The translations under genes and the position numbers were made by a program. 64,000 nucleotides of DNA from Patescibacteria group bacterium (GTDB taxonomy: Bacteria > Patescibacteriota > Patescibacteriia > UBA10025): the NCBI GenBank assembly GCA_042570925.1, contig JBHPFX010000001.1:52397-116396 (forward strand), in the 5' to 3' direction. Shown here piece by piece: positions 27,908 through 36,285 of the stretch (position 1 is its first letter; every line of letters begins with the position of its first letter). Under the pieces are notes generated by a model. It was given only the letters and a program-made list of their open reading frames with translations, had not been told where the DNA came from and searched no databases.

Positions 27908-28705
27908 ATGATAGCAACATTTCCCACAATTTCCAAGCCCCCCAAAAGCCCACTTCGATCATATCCGGAGAAGCTGAAGGTATCTAGGTCGATTAATGAA
28001 GTAGTTCAATCAGGAAAGAAGAGGGAGCTGTCTTTTTCAATTAAGGAAGGAAAACAAGATTACGTAGTTACAGGAGAACAAAACTCCCATACAAATATTT
28101 TTCTTACTGGAAGCGGGACAAAAAACCAATTTTCTCATGTACGAATTCATGGTATTCTACAGAAAGATGCATCAATGCATTTTATTGCCGGTTTCACTGG
28201 CGGGGCCCGCGTTGAGGTAGAAACATGGTTCGAGCTATGCAAACCGGGGAGCAATGTAAAAGTATCTGGAGCTTTTCTGGGAACAAAAGAACAACATCAC
28301 GGTTTCCACATAGTCATAGATCATGTAGCTCCTTCAACGAATGCCGATATTCTTCTGCGGGGAGTCTATCGTGACCAATCAAGAGGTATTTTTACCGGCC
28401 TATTAAAAGTAGGAAAAAATGCCCAGCAGACTAATTCGTATTTTACTGATAATGTGTTGCTTATGAATGAAGCGCTTGCTGAATCAATTCCTTCTCTGGA
28501 AATTCTTGCCAACGATGTAAAGGCGTCTCACGGTTCCACAACTGGCAGGATTAACGATGAACAGCTATTCTATCTCATGTCCCGTGGGTTATCTAAGCAG
28601 AAGGCGACAAAGATGATTACTGACGGATTTCTGCAAAAAGTCATTGACCGCCTGCCAAGTCAATATCATTCAACCATACAGTCAATTCTTTATGACAAAT
28701 CTTGA
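27908..28705 (+). CDS. sufD: Fe-S cluster assembly protein SufD
   Basis: 265 aa. It is a SufB/D-family paralogue (…[36 protein letters not shown]…). Confidence 0.75.
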   Translation: MIATFPTISKPPKSPLRSYPEKLKVSRSINEVVQSGKKRELSFSIKEGKQDYVVTGEQNSHTNIFLTGSGTKNQFSHVRIHGILQKDASMHFIAGFTGGARVEVETWFELCKPGSNVKVSGAFLGTKEQHHGFHIVIDHVAPSTNADILLRGVYRDQSRGIFTGLLKVGKNAQQTNSYFTDNVLLMNEALAESIPSLEILANDVKASHGSTTGRINDEQLFYLMSRGLSKQKATKMITDGFLQKVIDRLPSQYHSTIQSILYDKS

Positions 28706-29918
28706 GAAAATAAGAAATGATTTCCCTATTCTTTCTAGAAAGATTTATGGAAAGCCGCTTGTATATCTAGATTCAGCGGCAACGAGCCAGAAACCGCTAT
28801 CGGTGATTCAGGCAATTGAAAAATACTACTCCGAATACAACTCAAATATTCATCGGGGTATTTATGTTTTATCAGAAGAGGCCACCGCCGCTTATGAGGG
28901 TGCTCGTGAGAAGATAAAAAGTTTTATTAATGCAGATTCAATAGAAGAGATCATTTTTACCCGTAATGCGACTGAATCATTAAATGTAGTCGCCTATTCA
29001 TGGGGCCGAAAAAATATTTCCAAAGGAGATACGATTGTTATCACAGAGATGGAGCATCATTCAAATATGATACCGTGGCAGATTCTGGCAAAAGAAAAAG
29101 AAGCTGAATTATTATATGTACCCATAGACTTAGAGACTGGTCGTCTGGATCTGGACACCTATAAGAAATACCTCGAAAAAAAACCAAGGCTTGTAGGCAT
29201 TGTTCACATGTCAAATGCACTCGGGACAGTTAATCCGGTAAAAGAAATGATTTCGCAGGCACATGAAGTCGGTGCTATTACCGTCATTGACGGATGCCAA
29301 GCAGTTCCGCATTTCCCTGTGGATATGAAAGACCTTGATGCTGATTTATATGCATTTTCCGGTCATAAAATGCTCGGCCCGACCGGGATCGGAGTTTTAT
29401 ACGGAAAGAAAAATATTTTAGAAGAAATGGATCCTTTTTTAAGCGGTGGAGACATGATTAAGGAAGTGACGAAAGAAGGATCTACATGGAATGACTTGCC
29501 CTATAAGTTTGAAGCCGGTACGCCGAATATTGCCGGTGGTATTGGTTTTGGAGCCGCAATTGACTATTTACAGAAAGTTGGAATGGATGCAATTTGGGAT
29601 CATGAACAAACAATTTCAAAATATATTCTTAATCAGATCAAAAAGATTGATGGGGTAAAAATAATCGGACCGCAGGATGCCCCTGATCGTGGTGCGGCGA
29701 TTTCTTTCTCAATAAATGGTGTTCATCCTCATGACATAGCATCGCTTTTTGATGAAGAGGGTGTCGCAGTACGAGCTGGCCATCTTTGCGCACAACCCGC
29801 GTTAACCGCATATGGGCTTGATGCAGTGACACGAGCAAGCTTTTATCTCTATAACACACGAGAGGAAGCTGATAAATTCTTTGAAGTTGTTCAGAAAGTA
29901 AAGGAGATGTTCACATAA
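28692..29918 (+). CDS. sufS: cysteine desulfurase SufS (class II aminotransferase V)
   Basis: PLP-Lys region (FSGHKMLGPTGIGVLYG) and catalytic Cys loop (RAGHLCAQP). The start overlaps the sufD stop by 14 nt. Confidence 0.9.
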   Translation: MTNLEKIRNDFPILSRKIYGKPLVYLDSAATSQKPLSVIQAIEKYYSEYNSNIHRGIYVLSEEATAAYEGAREKIKSFINADSIEEIIFTRNATESLNVVAYSWGRKNISKGDTIVITEMEHHSNMIPWQILAKEKEAELLYVPIDLETGRLDLDTYKKYLEKKPRLVGIVHMSNALGTVNPVKEMISQAHEVGAITVIDGCQAVPHFPVDMKDLDADLYAFSGHKMLGPTGIGVLYGKKNILEEMDPFLSGGDMIKEVTKEGSTWNDLPYKFEAGTPNIAGGIGFGAAIDYLQKVGMDAIWDHEQTISKYILNQIKKIDGVKIIGPQDAPDRGAAISFSINGVHPHDIASLFDEEGVAVRAGHLCAQPALTAYGLDAVTRASFYLYNTREEADKFFEVVQKVKEMFT

Positions 29919-29942
29919 TCAATTCTATTAAAAAAGAATTTT

Positions 29943-30329
29943 ATGGATCAAGATTCTAGTCTCCAGAATGACCTCAAGCCTGACAACAAAAACAAAGTTA
30001 CTACGATGAGAGTCACAATAGTATTATTAATTCTAGGACTCTTTTTATTTTCCATAGGATCAATCTTTGTTGGGTTTCTTCAAATGGGTTTTTCTGATAG
30101 CTCTCGATCATCAAGTCCCGACTGGGTTGTATATGTGGTAGTGATAGGGATTGCCTCTGTTGTAGGCTTGATTGTATTTTTATCCTTTAAAGTATCTTCC
30201 AAAGAGACTAAAATTCGTAAAGGATTCTCGTGGCGACGCTTGATAGGTCCTTTGGCAACACTTTTATTCATCATTGCACTTCCTTTTTTAGCATATGTTA
30301 TTTTAGGTCTTATCATCAATGCAAATTAA
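29943..30329 (+). CDS. small membrane protein, hypothetical
   Basis: 128 aa with three TM helices. It lies inside the suf cluster. Confidence 0.45.
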   Translation: MDQDSSLQNDLKPDNKNKVTTMRVTIVLLILGLFLFSIGSIFVGFLQMGFSDSSRSSSPDWVVYVVVIGIASVVGLIVFLSFKVSSKETKIRKGFSWRRLIGPLATLLFIIALPFLAYVILGLIINAN

Positions 30330-30389
30330 GTGTAGATGCCAATGTTTCCTGACTCAAATCATAAGTAAAAAGTAATCAATATTGTTCAC

Positions 30390-30755
30390 ATGGACATGTA
30401 TCAGGAGAACATTCTGGATCATTATAAGAATCCTCGTAATAAGGGAAAAATTGAGAATGCTGACTATCAGCACCGTGAACCAAATCCTCTTTGCGGTGAT
30501 ATTGTTGAGCTTTTTATCAACATGGGAGATGACAGCAAAGTTACTGAAATAATGTTCGATGGTTCAGGTTGTGCGATTAGTCAAGCGTCCGTTTCTATTC
30601 TCACTGAATATATAAAAGGCAAAACGCTCGATGAGCTTAAAGCTATTGATACAAAAAAAATGCTTGACCTTCTTGAAGTGGAAGTCAATCCAGCAAGGAT
30701 AAAATGTGCTACTTTAGGACTCGTGGCACTGCAGAAAGCGTTAAAAAACCAGTAA
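30390..30755 (+). CDS. sufU: SufU/IscU-like Fe-S assembly scaffold (sulfur acceptor)
   Basis: HYKNPRNKG…CGD…GSGCAISQAS…CATLG, giving three conserved Cys residues. Confidence 0.85.
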   Translation: MDMYQENILDHYKNPRNKGKIENADYQHREPNPLCGDIVELFINMGDDSKVTEIMFDGSGCAISQASVSILTEYIKGKTLDELKAIDTKKMLDLLEVEVNPARIKCATLGLVALQKALKNQ

Positions 30756-30764
30756 GCGGTATAT

Positions 30765-31313
30765 ATGCGAGGGACGACTCACGCGGTAATAGGGGCCAAC
30801 ACAGTTTGGATACCAGTTCTTTGTAATGTCCCGGTATTTCCATGGTTTATTCTTATTGGAGCCTTTGCCGCTTTACTGCCTGATCTTGATGCTTCAGAAT
30901 CTAAAATCAAACACCTATCTCTTAGTGGGTATATCGGGAAAATGCGCATTCGTATAAAACCATTCGCTCCTCTCTCGATGATATTTTCGCGATTATTTGG
31001 CCATCGTGGAGCGCTTCATTCTCTTACTGTAGTAGTGATTGTTGCCGTAGCTACTTCCTTTCTTATCCCATATACATCGGTAGTGACATGGTATCTGTTT
31101 ATCTTCGGCTATGCCTCCCATCTTGTCGCTGATGCATGTACCCGGTCGGGAATTGAACTTTTTTGGCCTTTTAAGAATCGCTTTCGTTTCTTCCCTAAAA
31201 TTCTACGAATAAGAACGGGTGGTATGGTCGATTCTCTCCTTCTAATATTGGGTACGGGTGGAATTATTATCTTTCTCTATTCGACAATTGATTCTATCGA
31301 CAGTTTTTTCTAA
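30765..31313 (+). CDS. membrane-bound metal-dependent hydrolase (DUF457/YdjM-like)
   Basis: It begins M..TTHAVIG and has TM helices with conserved His/Asp residues (HSLT, HLVADA). Confidence 0.5.
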   Translation: MRGTTHAVIGANTVWIPVLCNVPVFPWFILIGAFAALLPDLDASESKIKHLSLSGYIGKMRIRIKPFAPLSMIFSRLFGHRGALHSLTVVVIVAVATSFLIPYTSVVTWYLFIFGYASHLVADACTRSGIELFWPFKNRFRFFPKILRIRTGGMVDSLLLILGTGGIIIFLYSTIDSIDSFF

Positions 31314-31344
31314 TAACAATGGGTGATATACTATATATCGTATT

Positions 31345-32076
31345 ATGGATAAGAATCCACCACCACTCGAACCGCAAAAGAAGCCATTGATTTACCAGTG
31401 GTGGTTTCTTGGTATACTTTTTATTTTGGTATTCACCATCTCAACATTTCTAATTTTAATAGTTCAGGGCATCCGTGAAATTCAGAGAGGGGAGTATGAT
31501 TTTTCTGATTCATTTACGCAAGATATTTCTGCAGAATCGACTGATATTGAACGAGCGAATGTTGTCACGAGCGATGATCCATCTCTCGGTCCTAAAGATG
31601 CAAAAGTGACAATCGTGGAGTTTGGAGACTTTCAGTGTCCATTTTGCCGAGAGGTATTTCCAACAGTCAGAGAGGTGCTCTCATTATATGAAGGTCAGAT
31701 TCGATATATATGGAGAGATTTTCCTGTTAGTTCTGAGCACCCTCAGGCAGCACTGGCAGCTTCTGCAGGAGAGTGCGTTGCCGAGCAGGATGTGGATAAA
31801 TTTTGGTCATTTCACGATCAGTTATTTATAAATCAAAGCGATCTTTCGCAGGAGGCGCTTATCAGGTATGCCCAAGGAGTCGGGGTTGATGTGAATGATT
31901 TCTCGGAATGTCTACTTGAGGAAAAGTACTTACAGGAGGTGATATTTGACTATAATGACGGTATTGCTGCCGGCGTTACTGGCACTCCAACGTTTTTCAT
32001 CAATGGAAGACGAATTTCTGGCGTCATTCCACTCAATGTATTTAAGGACATTATAGATATCTATCTGCAGGAATAA
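31345..32076 (+). CDS. DsbA-family thiol:disulfide oxidoreductase (membrane-anchored)
   Basis: TM anchor, then a thioredoxin fold with a CPFC active site and a cis-Pro region (GTPTFFING). Confidence 0.8.
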   Translation: MDKNPPPLEPQKKPLIYQWWFLGILFILVFTISTFLILIVQGIREIQRGEYDFSDSFTQDISAESTDIERANVVTSDDPSLGPKDAKVTIVEFGDFQCPFCREVFPTVREVLSLYEGQIRYIWRDFPVSSEHPQAALAASAGECVAEQDVDKFWSFHDQLFINQSDLSQEALIRYAQGVGVDVNDFSECLLEEKYLQEVIFDYNDGIAAGVTGTPTFFINGRRISGVIPLNVFKDIIDIYLQE

Positions 32077-32199
32077 CACAGAAGCCCAGATGCTTAGATG
32101 TACATACCATTTTTTCTAAAGAACCGAAGGGTTGACATAATTTTATTACTTTGTATACTGAGGAAACAATCTAAATAATTGATCCATATTCATATCACT

Positions 32200-32976
32200 A
32201 TGAAAGAACAGATACCTCAAAAACAGTCTAATAGCAGCATATTTAACGCTTCCCCAAAGGCAACCTTTTTTATGGGGCTGATGACGGGGCTTGCAATCGT
32301 CAGTATTGTGGGGTTTTCGATTACGTTTTCGATGCTTAAAGAAGGGAAAACTCTTGCTGATAATTCAGGAAATACTAACTCAGGAACGGTAGCTGGCGTA
32401 CAAGCAGACCCCACTCCTGCTCCGACGCCTACACCTGCTCCGACGCCTACATTTGCTGATGTAGAGGTTACAGCAACTGATCACGTAAAAGGGGGAGATA
32501 ACGCCAAGGTGACGCTGGTTGAGTATTCTGATTTTGAATGTCCATTCTGTGTGAGGGTGCAACCAACACTTCAGCAGATTGAAGAGACATATGGCGATGA
32601 TGTACGATTTGTTTTCCGCCACTACCCACTTTCATTTCACACTCAAGCTCAAAAAGCCTCAGAAGCATCAGAATGCGCTGCTGAACAGGGTAAATTCTGG
32701 GAAATGCATGACAAACTCTTTGAGTTAAATGAAGCAGGGACACTCAGTCTGGCAGATTATAAGACTGCAGCCGGTGAACTTGGTTTGAAGCAGGGACAAT
32801 TCGATGACTGTCTCGATTCAGGGAAATACGCCCAGAGGGTTACAGATGATTTAACGGGTGGTACGTCACTCGGAGTTCAGGGAACACCTGCGACGTTTGT
32901 AAACGGACAACTTGTTTCAGGCGCTGTACCATATGAGCAATTCGTATCGATAATTGACGCAGAGCTCGCAAAATAA
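32200..32976 (+). CDS. DsbA-family thiol:disulfide oxidoreductase, second paralogue with Pro/Thr-rich linker
   Basis: TM anchor, a PTPAPTPTPAPTP linker, CPFC active site, and GTPATFVNG. Confidence 0.8.
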   Translation: MKEQIPQKQSNSSIFNASPKATFFMGLMTGLAIVSIVGFSITFSMLKEGKTLADNSGNTNSGTVAGVQADPTPAPTPTPAPTPTFADVEVTATDHVKGGDNAKVTLVEYSDFECPFCVRVQPTLQQIEETYGDDVRFVFRHYPLSFHTQAQKASEASECAAEQGKFWEMHDKLFELNEAGTLSLADYKTAAGELGLKQGQFDDCLDSGKYAQRVTDDLTGGTSLGVQGTPATFVNGQLVSGAVPYEQFVSIIDAELAK

Positions 32977-32987
32977 GATTTCTCACA

Positions 32988-33779
32988 ATGTTTTTCGGAG
33001 GCGCCTACCCAGATCCCATTGCGTTCCAGGTAGGCGCTTTTGGTATACACTGGTATGCAATCATCATCATTTTGGGAATTTTTACGGGATTCTGGATTGT
33101 AAAGTCATTAGCGAACAAAGCTGATATTTCTGAAGATCTGATATGGAATTTTATATTGTATACAATTCCAGCAGCACTCATTGGAGGACGATTAGTGTTT
33201 GTATTGAGTCACTCCAGTCAGTTTACTAGTGTTGTAGATACGCTAAAAGTGTGGGAGGGGGGGATTTCAAGCCATGGAGTAATTGGTGCGGGAATTATTG
33301 TTGCTTATGTAATTGTAAGATCCCATAAAGTATCTTTTTTTAAGTTCACTGACGTATTAGTCCCAGGTATTGCGATCGCACAAGCAATCGGTCGGTGGGG
33401 GAATTATATAAATCAGGAGGCATTTGGCCCTCCTACTGAAGTTTGGTGGGCAGTTCCAATCAACATGGTATATCGACCCGTTGAATATATTGCCTCAACA
33501 CATTTTCATCCCACTTGGCTATATGAGTCACTATGGAATATCGTAATTTTTGTTACCCTGTACTTTCTTTTTAAAAAATTATTCAATCGACCTGGATTGC
33601 TAACTACGTTATTTTTTATTTTATATTATGTGGGACGATTCGCATTGGATTTTATCAGAACTGATTCTGTCCAAGCAGGATTGCTTACTGCGACTCAGTG
33701 GGTGAGTGTAGTAGTGGTTATTGCGGCGTTATTTTTTATTCTACGAAAAAAGAAACTGTCGACAAACCAGCCGTCTTGA
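32988..33779 (+). CDS. lgt: prolipoprotein diacylglyceryl transferase
   Basis: Lgt signature (GRWGNYINQEAFG) and conserved TM topology. Confidence 0.9.
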   Translation: MFFGGAYPDPIAFQVGAFGIHWYAIIIILGIFTGFWIVKSLANKADISEDLIWNFILYTIPAALIGGRLVFVLSHSSQFTSVVDTLKVWEGGISSHGVIGAGIIVAYVIVRSHKVSFFKFTDVLVPGIAIAQAIGRWGNYINQEAFGPPTEVWWAVPINMVYRPVEYIASTHFHPTWLYESLWNIVIFVTLYFLFKKLFNRPGLLTTLFFILYYVGRFALDFIRTDSVQAGLLTATQWVSVVVVIAALFFILRKKKLSTNQPS

Positions 33780-33852
33780 TTATTATCCTCATATCTGTAT
33801 ACTTCTAAGACCTCTTGCAATGGTAGTTGTTTTAACGTAAGGTATAAAACGA

Positions 33853-33927
33853 CGCGGGGTGGAGCAGTAGCAGCTCGCCGGGCTCATAATCCGGAGGTCG
33901 AGGGTGCAAATCCCTCCCCCGCAACCA
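33853..33927 (+). tRNA. initiator tRNA-fMet (CAU)
   Basis: CGCGGGGTGGAGCAG…GGGCTCATAATCC…CCCCGCAACCA is near-identical in design to E. coli tRNA-fMet. The 1:72 pair is a C·A mismatch, the anticodon is CAU, and the CCA end is encoded. Confidence 0.9.
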
Positions 33928-33950
33928 AGCGTTTACAACTCACGTTTCAT

Positions 33951-34027
33951 GGCAGGGTAGCTCAGCTGGTTAGAGCGTGGGACTCATAAGCCCAAGGTCG
34001 TGGGTTCGAACCCCACCCCTGCTACCA
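33951..34027 (+). tRNA. tRNA-Met or tRNA-Ile2 (anticodon CAU)
   Basis: 77 nt cloverleaf GGCAGGGTAGCTCAGCTGGTTAGAGC…CTCATAA…GGTTCGAACCCCACCCCTGCTACCA with an encoded CCA. Confidence 0.85.
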
Positions 34028-34081
34028 AGCAAATAATCTTTTCAAACCTATAACCTAGTATTTAGTAAAAGGGCTTTTTTG

Positions 34082-34158
34082 TGTAGTGGGGGTCGAAGGG
34101 CGCGAGCGAGCGTGGCGCCCCGGTCCGCAGGGGAACCCCACCCCTGCTACCAAGCAAT
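34082..34158 (+). other. tRNA-derived fragment: duplicate of the 3' 25 nt of the CAU tRNA forming an acceptor-stem minihelix (GCAGGGG-AACCCCA-CCCCTGC-TACCA) preceded by a GC hairpin
   Basis: GAACCCCACCCCTGCTACCAAGCAA is exactly repeated about 105 nt downstream of the tRNA. The upstream part is not a cloverleaf. Confidence 0.6.
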
Positions 34159-34281
34159 ACTAATAAGACCCGAAAGTAAAAACGGGTTTTGTTTTGGTTT
34201 GTTTAAATATTGGTGCTGGGAGAGAGAATCCCCGCTTCATTTCGCTTCACTCAATTACGCGGGGCAGGCGAACTCTCTTCT

Positions 34282-34365
34282 GGATAAAATGCCGGAGGTG
34301 GGAGTTGAACCCACATGATCTTGCGATCACAGGATTTTGAGTCCTGCGTGTCTGCCAATTCCACC
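34282..34365 (-). tRNA. tRNA-Leu (CAA)
   Basis: The reverse strand reads GCCGGAGTGGTGGAATTGGCAGAC…GGACTCAAAATCC…long variable arm…GGGTTCAACTCCCACCTCCGGCA. It is a class II tRNA with anticodon CAA and no encoded CCA. Confidence 0.9.
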
Positions 34366-34385
34366 ACTCCGGCAAGATGATTATT

Positions 34386-34560
34386 AATGGTCTGCCAATT
34401 CCTCCGGGGTTTCGCGGTCTTTCGATTACTCAGGATATCGCTCAACCCGTCTTAGCTCCTCGCGAACTGAAGCGGTTCGACATTTCTCACCGTCCTGAAC
34501 GAAGTTGAAGGACAGTTCAGTTCGCTCGTGGCTTCGACCCACCCCGGCTAAAAGATACAA
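34386..34560. ncRNA. candidate structured RNA adjacent to tRNA-Leu (unclassified)
   Basis: Roughly 175 nt of GC-elevated sequence. The termini are complementary (CCGGGGT…ACCCCGG) and there are internal hairpins (CTGAAC…GTTCAG). It contains a 12-nt duplicate of the tRNA-Leu D-arm (TCTGCCAATTCC). There is no ORF. Confidence 0.3.
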
Positions 34561-34640
34561 CGAATTGTAACATTTAATTATGGTTTGTCAAAGGCCTACG
34601 ATTTAGTTATACTACGATTACATTTTCTTTTGAAAACGTT

Positions 34641-35417
34641 ATGACTCGGATTATTTCAGTAGCGAACCAGAAAGGAGGAGTAGGGAAGACAACTACGTCA
34701 GTAAATCTTGCCGCTTACCTCGCCTCATTTGGCAACTCGGTCCTCTTGGTTGATATTGATCCCCAAGGAAACGCATCCTCTGGGATGGGTATTGATGTAA
34801 AGAAGATTGGCCGAGGAATCTATGAAGCAATAGCGGGCCAGGCTCAGGTAGAGGACATTCTTCATGCGGCGGAAGTTGATGGTCTTCATATTGCCCCTGC
34901 AACGATGAATCTCGCTGGAGCAAATGTTGAACTGGTTAATATTTCAGACCGGGAATTCCGTTTACACAATGCCCTGAAAAATGTTCACGACCGGTTTGAT
35001 TATATTATTATTGATTGTCCGCCATCACTTGGATTACTTACTATCAATGGCATTGTCGCTTCCACGGAAATCCTGATTCCAGTTCAGACGGAATATTACG
35101 CCCTAGAAGGGCTAAGTCAGCTGCTGAGTACTATCGAGTTAATTCGTGAAAACCTGAAGCAAGATATTGCCATTCTCGGCGTTGTCATGACCATGTATGA
35201 TGAGCGATATCGTCTTTCAAACGCAGTGTTTCACGAATTGCATAAATCTTTTCCAAATAAGGTATTTCGCATTGTGGTGCCGAGAAATGTCCGTCTTGCG
35301 GAAGCTCCCAGCCATGGTAAGAGCGTGATGCAATATGATGCAGGATCTCCTGGTGCTGCAGCATATCGCAGGCTTGCACAAGAAATACACATGACTAAAG
35401 CAAAACAATATGAGTAA
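34641..35417 (+). CDS. parA: ParA/Soj chromosome partitioning ATPase
   Basis: Deviant Walker A (KGGVGKTTT) and conserved ParA motifs. Confidence 0.9.
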   Translation: MTRIISVANQKGGVGKTTTSVNLAAYLASFGNSVLLVDIDPQGNASSGMGIDVKKIGRGIYEAIAGQAQVEDILHAAEVDGLHIAPATMNLAGANVELVNISDREFRLHNALKNVHDRFDYIIIDCPPSLGLLTINGIVASTEILIPVQTEYYALEGLSQLLSTIELIRENLKQDIAILGVVMTMYDERYRLSNAVFHELHKSFPNKVFRIVVPRNVRLAEAPSHGKSVMQYDAGSPGAAAYRRLAQEIHMTKAKQYE

Positions 35418-36285
35418 TACGTATGATGGTTTAGGACGGGGGCTCGATTCGCTTATTCCAAATAAGCGAAAATCAGCAACTCTAGGTGTTCGCGATCAAA
35501 TTGCCGGACCAGACGAACAGATTTCATATGTTGATCCATTGCACATTGTCGCAAATCCCCACCAGCCAAGAAAACAATTTGGGCACCAATCGATTGAAGA
35601 GTTAGTGAATTCAATTCGCGAACATGGCATTCTTCAGCCATTAATTGTAAGTAAAGCTGAAAAGGGCTACCAACTTATTTCAGGGGAACGAAGGCTGCGG
35701 GCTTCAGTAATCCTTGAAATGAAAAAAATCCCAGTGATTATCCGTAAAGCTTCCGAGCAAGAAAAGCTCGCTTTGGCATTAATTGAAAATGTGCAGCGGC
35801 AGGATCTTAATCCAATAGAAAAAGCGTGGGGATATGCCCGGCTTATTGAGGAATTCAGTTTGACACAAGAGGAAGCTGCAAAAAAAGTCGGACAACCGAG
35901 GGCGAGTTTGGCAAATACACTTCGATTGTTAAAGCTTCCAGAAAATATTCAAAAAGCCCTGACTGAGGAAAAAATCACCGAAGGGCATGCAAAGGTACTG
36001 CTAAGTATTGAAAATGAAAAAGATCAGGTTAAGTTGTTTCAAAAGATTTTACATGAGCAGTTGACCGTTCGCTCAGTTGAACAACACATTCGATCACGAC
36101 GTCCCGCCAGTTCATTATCCAAAAAGAAAGATCCTAACATTATTGATATTGAGGACCGCCTTAGGCAGGCGCTTGGCACAAAAGTAGAAGTAAAAAAGAC
36201 GGGTTCTCATGGTTCGATTAACATTCAATGGTACTCACTCGAAGAGCTTAAAAATCTAATAAATAAACTTACCCGACTGCAATGA
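35410..36285 (+). CDS. parB: ParB/Spo0J partition protein
   Basis: ParB N-domain (GERRLRAS) and HTH. The start overlaps the parA stop by 8 nt. Confidence 0.9.
   Translation: MSNTYDGLGRGLDSLIPNKRKSATLGVRDQIAGPDEQISYVDPLHIVANPHQPRKQFGHQSIEELVNSIREHGILQPLIVSKAEKGYQLISGERRLRASVILEMKKIPVIIRKASEQEKLALALIENVQRQDLNPIEKAWGYARLIEEFSLTQEEAAKKVGQPRASLANTLRLLKLPENIQKALTEEKITEGHAKVLLSIENEKDQVKLFQKILHEQLTVRSVEQHIRSRRPASSLSKKKDPNIIDIEDRLRQALGTKVEVKKTGSHGSINIQWYSLEELKNLINKLTRLQ

Noticed and set aside
34079-34318. 79-aa ORF (MCSGGRRARASVAPRS…) next to the tRNAs
   Set aside because: It spans the tRNA-derived minihelix and the 3' end of tRNA-Leu, and its GC-rich RNA sequence is read as Arg/Ala/Gly codons. It is not a plausible protein.
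34386-34560. Calling the structured element next to tRNA-Leu as SRP (4.5S) RNA
   Set aside because: A CTGAAC…GTTCAG hairpin with GAAGGACAG loosely resembles the domain IV GGAAGCAG motif, but the GNRA tetraloop/AGCA internal-loop arrangement could not be reproduced by eye. It is kept only as an unclassified candidate.
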